From an uncultured Haloferula sp. (GTDB lineage Bacteria; Verrucomicrobiota; Verrucomicrobiia; Verrucomicrobiales; Akkermansiaceae), in the NCBI GenBank assembly GCA_965652295.1, contig CBFGTS010000001.1, forward strand, positions 128,001 to 192,000: a stretch of DNA of 64,000 nt, written 5' to 3'. A program made the translations under genes and the position numbers. Numbering within the stretch: the stretch's first letter is position 1; each line of letters begins with the position of its first letter. Below the pieces are notes generated by a model that did not search any database, was not told where the DNA came from, and saw only the letters and a list, made by a program, of their open reading frames with translations. Positions 56,444 through 64,000 of this stretch are shown here, piece by piece.

Positions 56444-59400
56444 TCCTCGTAGATGAACGGTTGCGGGCGTTCCCAGAGGCCGTCCTCCGTGAAACGGAAG
56501 AGCAACCAGGCAGATGCCGGATCGATCGGACGGATGGAAGCGTCGGTCAAATCATCCCCGATCGCGCGCCAGCCACTGCCGCCGGGATTCGTCGCGTCCT
56601 TTTGATAGTAGGGCTGATAACCCCACGGGCTTTCGAGATAGACGTGGCTGTGGTTGTTGGCGTCCGGGCTCACGAGGAAGAACGGGTTCAGCCCGAGAGT
56701 GCCGAGGGTGGCGTGCTCCACCGGTGTCTGGCTGCCGAGGATGCGGATGCCTTGGTCCATCACGCGCAGCCGCTTGCCGAGCACCACCTCGCCGTGGAAC
56801 CAGAGATCGAGCGGCTGATCCTCCGGATGGCGGAAGGTGAAGCCCTCGCCCGGTTGGACGATGCTGTCGGCCATGTCCTCGAAGGGGTCGGCGGTGGAAC
56901 GCCAGCCCGCCCCTCCCAAACCACCACTACGATAGTAGTAGTCGCTGAACGAGCCGTCCGGGTTCACGAAGGAAATCAGATCGCCCCCGTCCGGCGTGCC
57001 GGGGACGAGTCCGTCCTCATTGAAGCGTCCGAAGAGCGAAGCCAGCGAATGGCTACGGCGGATGACGTAGGTGCCTCCCCCGCCGGATGCCAGCCGGGCG
57101 GCGAGCAGCTCGTTCGCCCGACCCAGCTCCAAGGTGCTGCTGGCGTTTCCGGTGATGGCCATGAGCGCGCCCTCGGCGGGGCCGGAGGTGATCTGCACTT
57201 CGTGATCGAGCCACTGGCCCGGCGTCCAGGACGTCCGGGTGTCGGTGAGGGTGAAGCCGTCGGCCGTGGTGAAGCGGCCGCCATCCAGCGCCCCGCGGGC
57301 AAAGGGAGGAGCGAAGAGGTTCTGCTCCCGTGTCACCGGTCGCTTCAGCCAGCCGAAGGGGGCCGAGCGCACGGTGCCGCCGCCCACATCCACCGCGAGG
57401 CGGAGGTAGGCGGAATCGAAGGCATAGAGGCTCGATCGCACCTCCTCGGTGCCATCGGCGAGGTCGGAGACGTCGATGCTGAGGACGTTCGCTGGAATAT
57501 CGCTGCCTCCGGGACCATTGAGATCGGCGAGGGTGCCCCAGCCGCTTTCGAGATCGAGCGTGCCTTCCAGCCAGTAGCTGACGCCGGCGCGAGTGGCGGA
57601 GGGACGCGTGAAGACAAGCTCGAAGCGCCGCGAGCCATCGGGCAGGATCACCGCCTCCAGATGCGGGGTGCGGAGGACGCCGGCAAGAGCGCCGGGGACG
57701 GTGGAAACGGTGGCATCGCCACGGGTCGGATCGGTTGCCAGGGCGAACTCGATGCCATCGTTCAGCATGTCACCATCGTGATCATCCGCCGGATCGCCGC
57801 TCAGGCCGTAGCGGCCGGCCCATTCCTGCCAAGTGCCCGCGACGGGCGGCTGGCTGACCTCGACGATGACGTTGGCACTGGTCGTGCCGGCCGCGTTGGT
57901 GGCGGTGAGGGTGTAGGTGGTGGTCGAGTTCGGAGCTACGGTGATCGTGGTGGAGCCGCGGACGTCGGTGCCGTTCATGCTCAGGGTGGTGAGCGGCGAG
58001 CCTCCGGAAACGACCGTCCACGAGAGGGTGACTTCCGTTCCCGCGGTCACGGCATCGGGGGAGGCGTTGAAGACGATGATGTCCGGGGCACCGGGCGCGG
58101 GTGCGGCGGCATCGGCGTCCTCGATCTGCAGGAGGTAGGCGGCGAGGTCGTCGAGTTCCTGCGAGGTGAGGTCCACTCCGTCGTGGGCGGAAATGGCGGC
58201 GGCGACGGTCGTTGCGGAGCCATCGTGAAGGAAGGGAGCTCCATCGTGCAGGCCGCGCAGCGTGGGCGTGTCGAGACCGGTGAGAGTGCCGCCGAGGCGG
58301 GATCCACTGGAAGGCTTGAGCGTGCCGATGTCATGCAGCGGGGCTTTCCCCGAGTCGGTGAAATTCACGCCGCTGTGGCAGGAGGCGCAGTTCTCGGCGA
58401 TGAAGATGTTTTTCCCTCGCAACGCGGCGAGCGTATTCGCGCCGTCCTGCTGGCGGTGCGGCGTTTCGGCGAAGCCGGACAGCGAGGTGACGTAGGCGGC
58501 GAGTGCGTCGAGATCGGCGCTGCGGCCGGCGTTCGGAGTGCCAAGCGGCGGGTGCGGCGTCCCGTTGATCATCCCGTTGCCATCGGCCAGGTCGCGGACC
58601 TGGTTGTCGAAATCCTGGACTTCGTCGAAATTGGCGGACCAGTGGAGCGGGCCGTGGCCGGTGCCGGCGCGGCCGCGCAGGTCGGTGGTATTCCGAAGAC
58701 CTTCGCCGAAACCGGTGAAGTCCCAAACGCGACCATCGTGGCCGCCTTCGTTGTGGCAGGCGGCGCAGGAAATGTAGTCCTGCGAGCCCATGCGGTCGTC
58801 GGCTGCATCGTAGAAGAGCTGCTTGCCGAGCAGCACGTCGGGGGCAAGGGCGTCGGTTTCCACCGGGCTCAGTGTGGCGAGCAGTGTGGCTTGGGGGACG
58901 CCGTGGTTGATGATGTCGGACACGGCGTGAAGCGTCACCGTGCGGCTCATGAAGTTGTGGGTGAAAAGCACGCTGCCATCCCGCGAAAGCGCGAGGCCCT
59001 GAGGGGCGCGGCCGACCGGGATGCGGAGGAGTTCTTGTCCGCCGTAGACATCGATCACCGAAACCTGGCGCGAGCCTTCGAGGGCGACGAAGAGGAACAG
59101 GCCGAAAGGATCGAAGATGGCGGTGGACGGCACGGATCCGTCGTCGTGGTCGATGCGGCGCTCCGGCAGTTCCGCGCCAGCGGCGAGGTCGATGACCGAG
59201 GTGATGGCGCGAACGGTGGTGTCGTGGGTGAGGTTTCGGCCATCGCGCAGCACGCCGCGCTGGATGTTGTCCTGCTTCGAAGGCACCCACGCGAAGTCGC
59301 CCGCGGGTGAGATGACGGCGGGCCCGAGGTAGTTCGGAAGGCCCCGGCCACCGCCGCCGGAGTCCGGCTTCTGCGAGGGGGCGAGCAGGATGGTGTCGAG

Positions 59401-62400
59401 GGCCGACATGGCCGCGGTATCGACCTTCACGACTTCGCCGCCGCCTTGGTCGGGCGAGGGCTCACCCGTAACCTCACCGGGGACGAGCGGCGTGATGAAG
59501 CGCGAGACGTAGGCGGTGATGCCATCGGCCGTGATCGAGACATGCCGGGGGTGCGGGCCGACTTCGGCGAGGGCGAGGATTTCGCCGCTGGCGGGATCGA
59601 GCTTCGCGAGCTGGCCGGTGGCTTGCAGTGCGACATAGGCGGCCGAGCCATCGGGAGCGAAGGCGAGCCCGAAGGGCGCGGATCCGCGAGGTAGGACGAT
59701 GTTACGGGAAATATCGTAGGTGGCGGGATCGATGACCGCGATGGTGGCGTCACCCGCGTTGGCGACCCACAGCGAACCGTCCGGCGCGAAGGCGAGGGAG
59801 TGGGGTTTTTCACCGGTCGGGATCTCGGCGATGAGGGCACCGGTGGTGGTGTCGAGAGCGCTGACGGAGCCGTTGTCCGGGTTCACGTTCCAGACGCTGG
59901 CTGGTGCCGTGACGATGGCCTGCGAGACGGTGGGTGCGGGGCCGGAACTTACGAGCCGGATGTTCTGGTAGAACGTGGTGACGGTTTCCGTGCCGCTGGC
60001 ATCAATGGCGGTCAGCGTGACGAGAAAACGCCCGGGGCGGCTGAAGACGTGGCGGTTGAAGGGCTCGGTGGTGGTTTCCTCCGGTGATTCGTCGCCGAAG
60101 TTCCAGAGGTAGAGGACGTTGGTTCCGCCCGTGGCATCGATGTTGAAATCCGTCTCGCTGCCCACCCAGTTCACCCCGGTGATGGGCGGCTGGATGGCGA
60201 GCGCCGGATGAATCGTCCAAAGGAAACTGGTGGAGGCTGACTCACCGGAGGGATCGGTGGCGGTGAGCGTGACGCTCATGGTTACCGGAGCGGTGGGAAC
60301 GCCGAGGATTTCCCCGGTGCTCGGATTCAGCGTGAGTCCGGAGGGCAGGCCGCTGGTGGAAAATGAAAGTGGATCGCCGTCGGGATCGCTCGCCTGCGGT
60401 TTGAGGGTGACGCCGGTGCCGACGGTGTGCGCGCGGTCGGCGATGCTGGCGAGGGTGGGCGGGCGGTTCGGTTCGAAGGGCGAGAGGTAGGAGCCTTCGA
60501 CGATCACCTTGGCGGGATCTCCCGGGCGCTGCCAGGCGAGGTTGATGTGGTCGTTGCCGCTGTCTTCCTTGTGAAGAATTTCAAGGTAGTAACGGCGTCC
60601 TCCGACGAGCGTCACGGGAGCGGACTGCTGGCTTGGCGATTTGTCCCACTGGCTCAGGGTCGAGCCGCCTTCGATGCTGGCGATGGCAATGGCTTGCTCG
60701 GGCGATTCGTCGCTGCTGAGCAGGAGTCGCGCGGAGTCGTCGGCGGAAATCCAGAAGACGTAGGCACCGCTCACGGGAGTATGGATGTATCCTCGGACGC
60801 GGGTTCCGTAGCTGTTGCCCGAGTTGACGCCTGCGGGAAAGCCGACGATGGCATCCTGAGCGGTGGGCGTATCCGGGAAGCGTGGGTCGGAGGTCAACAG
60901 GTCGATCGTATTGCCCGGGAGGCTGGTCCACGTTTCGCGCAGCAGCAATCCCTCGCCTTGCCCCGGGAGCCGGATGGTCCACACGAAGCCCACGGTGTCG
61001 GAGGCGGCACCATCGACGTGGACGGACAGCGTGACCGGGAACACGCCTTCGGCGGTGGGACTGCCGGTGATGCGGCCGGTGGAGGCGTTGATCTGCAAAC
61101 CGGGAGGAAGCCCGGTGGCGGTGAAGGTGACGCCGGCGGCATCGAACGCCGAGGTGGGCGGCGTGAAGGAAACGGATTGGCCGGTGATGTCGACGCGATC
61201 GCTGATTTCGGCGAAGGAGGGAAAGCCCACGGTGAAGCGGAGGAATACCTCGTTGTCGGCATTGCGGTTGGCGGACCAGATCCAGCGGGCGTCGGAGCCG
61301 GTGGGAAAGCCTTTCACGACGTCGCCCCACGGCGCGGATCCATAGGGGCCGTATTCGGTGGCGGCGGCCCACGCGGAGTCGTCGAAGCCGGGCAGCTGCC
61401 AGCCTTCGGGTGCCGAGGTCGCGACCTTCCAGCCGGAGTCGGTGAGGACCGTTTTGCCATCGATGGCGAACTGGCCGATCACCCCACCGACGTCGCCGGA
61501 ATCCATCGCGCGGATGGCGAGGGTGGCGCGGCCATCGGTGCTGAAGGCGGCACGCAGGGCTTTCGTCCAGTCGGTGCCGATGGCGACGAGTTCGCCGTTG
61601 ACGTAGAGTTCGTGGCGGTTGTCGGCGGCGATGACGGATTCGTTCTCCGGTTGGATGGCGCGGAGGCAGCGGGAGGGGACGATCGCTTTCGGGGTCCTCG
61701 GGGACGACCACTTCAGTTGCACGACGGCTTCGTTGATGGCTTGGAAATATTCCAAGCGGATGGGAACGGGCACGCCGGCGATGAGTTGGGCGGTGCCCGA
61801 AAACTCGGTTGCGGCGTGGCCGCTCCATTCATCGATGGCCTTCGTGCCGTCGATCCAGAGCCTCACGCCATCGTCGCTGTTCACGTGGAATTGGTAGGTT
61901 TCGGTGAATTCGGGAATCACCCATCCGGTCCAGGTCGTTTTCCAAGTGTTGGGACCTAGCAGATCTGGGAACGGGCTTTCCGTGCCGTAGTCGAAGTCCA
62001 CCACGGGGTCGACGCGGGATACTTCGCCGTCCGTTTCCGAGTCGGAATAAACTCCGAGGAGCCCGCTGGCGGGGGCGTCGATGGTTTCGCGGACGTGGAT
62101 GATGGAGGCCTTCGAGTAGGAGCCATTGGCATCGAGGCCGAAGAGCATCCAGTAGCCGGGCACCATCACGTTGGCATTGGGATGGGCGACGAGACGGTAG
62201 TCACCGGGAGTTTTCTCCGAGAACGGGATGTTCAGAAAACGCTGGTCGGTGGAGAGGCCGTGGGTGGTGGCCATCATGCGGATCATCGCAAACCGATGAA
62301 GCCCGGGCGTGGCATTGACGCCGAAAACCGATCCGAGCGTGACACTGTCCGGCGCGGACGAAAGGACCGGCCGAGTGGCGGGCTGGCCGTTCGATGAATA

Positions 62401-63648
62401 CAAGGACGGCGGCGTGTAGAGCTGCGCGTCGGTGTGGGTGAAGGAGGCATTGGGGTCCCCCGGGGTGTAGCCACCTCCGCCGGAGAACACGCGGCCGTCC
62501 GGCAGAAGCAGGGCGGTGGAGTGGTAGTTCCGCGGAACCGAGATGTCGGCAACGGTGCGCCAGGTGCCGGTTTGCGGATTCCAGATCTCGGAGGCGAGGA
62601 TGGTGCCTTGGTCGCTGAACTTGATGCCTGAGGTGTTGCCGCCGACGACGAGAACTTCTCCCGTGGGAAGCACGATCGCGTTGTGAAAACGCCGTGGGAA
62701 CTGCATCGGCGAGGTGAGGGCGACGGTCGGAGGGGTGGTGTTGAGGTCGATGGTGTAACTGGTGGTCGAGGAAGTTTTCGCGTTGGTGAACGACGAAGCA
62801 CCGCCGGCGACGAGGAATTTACCGGACTCGTACATCACCACGCCGGCGTGCTTCGGGTAGTAGTCGCCGGGGACCTGGAGGCCGGCGGAAACGCGGGTGC
62901 CGTTGCCGTCCGGGGACACCCAGTGCATTTCCTTGGTGGGGCCGAAGTGGAACAGGCGGCCATCGGGCGCGACGAACACGTAGGGCCACCAATTCGACTC
63001 AAAGCCGGTGGCACCTGCGACGGGTTGCCAGTTGATGCCGCCGAGCCGCTGCCAGATGTCGGTTTCGGGCGAATACCGCTCCGCCGTGTTGGGGCCGCCG
63101 TTGCCGGAGACGGTGAAGACGTCGCCGTCCGGCAGCGCGACGCTGGTGGTGTACCAGCGGGGATCGAACATGTTTTTGACCCGCTGCCAGCGATTCTTCC
63201 GCCAATCGTAGGCCGACGAATCGCGGACGGTGTAGCGCCCACCCATCGTCTGGAGGGTGCCGTCGGTGCGCATCACGAGGTGGGCGCAGAACATCTCGTG
63301 ATCGAGATAGAGGTCGTTGGAAAACGTGCCGGTGGCCGGGTCCCACACCGCCCACTGGGTTTGGGTTTTCGTGCCCGGCCAGTGCTTCACCTCCTGCCCG
63401 GAAAACGTAAGGATCTTGCCGTTCGGCAGGGAGGCAGCGGAGACCGGCGTGTGCGGCCACGTGACGATCGCACTCCAGCTGCCGGCCTGGTTTGAGGGGC
63501 CCGGAGGTGCGGGCGTGCCGTCGAACCCGGGAAGCAGCGCGGCGGCATCGGCCCAAAAGGCGTCGTCCTCGGCGTGTTGGTTCGGATCGGCGAGCAACGG
63601 CAAAGCGAGTGCCGCTGCCAAAAGAGGCAGAAGGGATCGGGGGGACAT
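56440..63648 (-). CDS. 2402-aa secreted multidomain protein: galactose-oxidase-like Kelch + DUF1929, PA14, lectin-like, Ig (He_PIG), PA14, Ig, PKD, beta-propeller, di-haem cytochrome c peroxidase-like module, C-terminal Verrucomicrobial-type domains
   Basis: HEMFC, RWY, RNYHS and TTH Cu-radical ligands; PGYWMLF; SDDGVRLWID and ADDSARLLL (PA14); GLPPGL and GLPSGL (Ig); WNFGD (PKD); CAACH and CASCH haem motifs; TPTLRG..PFLHDG. Confidence 0.85.
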   Translation of the reverse strand: MSPRSLLPLLAAALALPLLADPNQHAEDDAFWADAAALLPGFDGTPAPPGPSNQAGSWSAIVTWPHTPVSAASLPNGKILTFSGQEVKHWPGTKTQTQWAVWDPATGTFSNDLYLDHEMFCAHLVMRTDGTLQTMGGRYTVRDSSAYDWRKNRWQRVKNMFDPRWYTTSVALPDGDVFTVSGNGGPNTAERYSPETDIWQRLGGINWQPVAGATGFESNWWPYVFVAPDGRLFHFGPTKEMHWVSPDGNGTRVSAGLQVPGDYYPKHAGVVMYESGKFLVAGGASSFTNAKTSSTTSYTIDLNTTPPTVALTSPMQFPRRFHNAIVLPTGEVLVVGGNTSGIKFSDQGTILASEIWNPQTGTWRTVADISVPRNYHSTALLLPDGRVFSGGGGYTPGDPNASFTHTDAQLYTPPSLYSSNGQPATRPVLSSAPDSVTLGSVFGVNATPGLHRFAMIRMMATTHGLSTDQRFLNIPFSEKTPGDYRLVAHPNANVMVPGYWMLFGLDANGSYSKASIIHVRETIDAPASGLLGVYSDSETDGEVSRVDPVVDFDYGTESPFPDLLGPNTWKTTWTGWVIPEFTETYQFHVNSDDGVRLWIDGTKAIDEWSGHAATEFSGTAQLIAGVPVPIRLEYFQAINEAVVQLKWSSPRTPKAIVPSRCLRAIQPENESVIAADNRHELYVNGELVAIGTDWTKALRAAFSTDGRATLAIRAMDSGDVGGVIGQFAIDGKTVLTDSGWKVATSAPEGWQLPGFDDSAWAAATEYGPYGSAPWGDVVKGFPTGSDARWIWSANRNADNEVFLRFTVGFPSFAEISDRVDITGQSVSFTPPTSAFDAAGVTFTATGLPPGLQINASTGRITGSPTAEGVFPVTLSVHVDGAASDTVGFVWTIRLPGQGEGLLLRETWTSLPGNTIDLLTSDPRFPDTPTAQDAIVGFPAGVNSGNSYGTRVRGYIHTPVSGAYVFWISADDSARLLLSSDESPEQAIAIASIEGGSTLSQWDKSPSQQSAPVTLVGGRRYYLEILHKEDSGNDHINLAWQRPGDPAKVIVEGSYLSPFEPNRPPTLASIADRAHTVGTGVTLKPQASDPDGDPLSFSTSGLPSGLTLNPSTGEILGVPTAPVTMSVTLTATDPSGESASTSFLWTIHPALAIQPPITGVNWVGSETDFNIDATGGTNVLYLWNFGDESPEETTTEPFNRHVFSRPGRFLVTLTAIDASGTETVTTFYQNIRLVSSGPAPTVSQAIVTAPASVWNVNPDNGSVSALDTTTGALIAEIPTGEKPHSLAFAPDGSLWVANAGDATIAVIDPATYDISRNIVLPRGSAPFGLAFAPDGSAAYVALQATGQLAKLDPASGEILALAEVGPHPRHVSITADGITAYVSRFITPLVPGEVTGEPSPDQGGGEVVKVDTAAMSALDTILLAPSQKPDSGGGGRGLPNYLGPAVISPAGDFAWVPSKQDNIQRGVLRDGRNLTHDTTVRAITSVIDLAAGAELPERRIDHDDGSVPSTAIFDPFGLFLFVALEGSRQVSVIDVYGGQELLRIPVGRAPQGLALSRDGSVLFTHNFMSRTVTLHAVSDIINHGVPQATLLATLSPVETDALAPDVLLGKQLFYDAADDRMGSQDYISCAACHNEGGHDGRVWDFTGFGEGLRNTTDLRGRAGTGHGPLHWSANFDEVQDFDNQVRDLADGNGMINGTPHPPLGTPNAGRSADLDALAAYVTSLSGFAETPHRQQDGANTLAALRGKNIFIAENCASCHSGVNFTDSGKAPLHDIGTLKPSSGSRLGGTLTGLDTPTLRGLHDGAPFLHDGSATTVAAAISAHDGVDLTSQELDDLAAYLLQIEDADAAAPAPGAPDIIVFNASPDAVTAGTEVTLSWTVVSGGSPLTTLSMNGTDVRGSTTITVAPNSTTTYTLTATNAAGTTSANVIVEVSQPPVAGTWQEWAGRYGLSGDPADDHDGDMLNDGIEFALATDPTRGDATVSTVPGALAGVLRTPHLEAVILPDGSRRFELVFTRPSATRAGVSYWLEGTLDLESGWGTLADLNGPGGSDIPANVLSIDVSDLADGTEEVRSSLYAFDSAYLRLAVDVGGGTVRSAPFGWLKRPVTREQNLFAPPFARGALDGGRFTTADGFTLTDTRTSWTPGQWLDHEVQITSGPAEGALMAITGNASSTLELGRANELLAARLASGGGGTYVIRRSHSLASLFGRFNEDGLVPGTPDGGDLISFVNPDGSFSDYYYRSGGLGGAGWRSTADPFEDMADSIVQPGEGFTFRHPEDQPLDLWFHGEVVLGKRLRVMDQGIRILGSQTPVEHATLGTLGLNPFFLVSPDANNHSHVYLESPWGYQPYYQKDATNPGGSGWRAIGDDLTDASIRPIDPASAWLLFRFTEDGLWERPQPFIYEE

Positions 63649-63711
63649 GGGGGGTGGGGGTGCGGAAGGTTACGTGGGACTACGGACCGGCGTATTACGC
63701 GATCGCGGAGG

Positions 63712-64000
63712 TCAGGGGGGAGGCGGGGGCGAGAACCGGGTGTCGGTGAGAGCGTGGAGGAAGGCGAGGAGGTCGTGTTTGTCCTGCTCGCTCAGGCCGA
63801 GCCCATCATGCTTGGAAAGGTTCGGGTCCAGCGTGGGGGAGGGGTGGATGCCGGAATCGTAGTGTTCGATCACCTCTGCCAGCGTGGCGAACCGGCCGTC
63901 GTGCATGTAGGGCGCGGTCAGGGCAACGTTGCGCAGCGAGGGTGTCTTGAATTTCCCCAGATCGGCTTCGTTTTCCGTGATCCCGGCCAGCCCGGCATCC
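63712..64000 (-). CDS. Di-haem cytochrome c peroxidase family (MauG/MbnH-like), 3' part only
   Basis: DLGKFKTPSLRNVALTAPYMHDGRFATLAEVIEHY..LLAFLHALTD; the gene runs off the window edge. Confidence 0.85.
   Translation of the reverse strand, partial: DAGLAGITENEADLGKFKTPSLRNVALTAPYMHDGRFATLAEVIEHYDSGIHPSPTLDPNLSKHDGLGLSEQDKHDLLAFLHALTDTRFSPPPPP

Noticed and set aside
56461..59310. 949-aa plus-strand ORF, and similar long antisense ORFs (85-1914, 8295-10289, 12153-14039, 28639-30918, 32206-33966)
   Set aside because: Each lies antisense to a well-supported gene and has no recognisable motifs. These are typical shadow ORFs of high-GC coding DNA.
1..64000. CRISPR array, tRNA or rRNA genes, prophage or integrase
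   Set aside because: No regularly spaced direct repeats, cloverleaf/T-loop signatures, rRNA-like tracts or phage genes were seen by eye. Intergenic gaps are short and mostly accounted for.

Overview
GC-rich bacterial chromosomal window. The gene set (RNase HIII, extended LepB, large secreted proteins with D-x-D-G-D / FYR-like tails, RAYT fragment) suggests Verrucomicrobiota, probably Luteolibacter/Haloferula-like; this is inference. Left edge: the 3' end of an Rhs polymorphic toxin with an alpha/beta-hydrolase-like tip, no immunity gene, and a 5'-truncated RAYT transposase. Housekeeping genes: rlpA, HU/IHF, rnhC, mutY, rpmH-rnpA-yidD-yidC, miaB, lepB, hisG, an unannotated bS22/mS38-like ribosomal peptide, nuoA, ruvA, rpmB. 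The most interesting elements are: (1) a 9 kb cluster with two sigma54-type promoters, encoding an ABC importer, GlnT/GmaS-like glutamylase, creatininase-family hydrolase, GFA protein, Cys-less FGE-domain protein, TIM-barrel protein and Rieske oxygenase, which looks like an uncharacterised amine/amide nitrogen-scavenging pathway; (2) a GH1 glycosidase carrying an inserted, apparently circularly permuted, amino-acid-binding (SBP family 3) domain; (3) a 2402-aa secreted galactose-oxidase-like copper radical oxidase fused to a di-haem cytochrome c peroxidase-like module, downstream of another di-haem peroxidase gene; (4) a structured non-coding element with switch-like alternative pairings upstream of hisG. 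No CRISPR array, rRNA or tRNA was seen. All calls come from reading motifs by eye; no searches were run.
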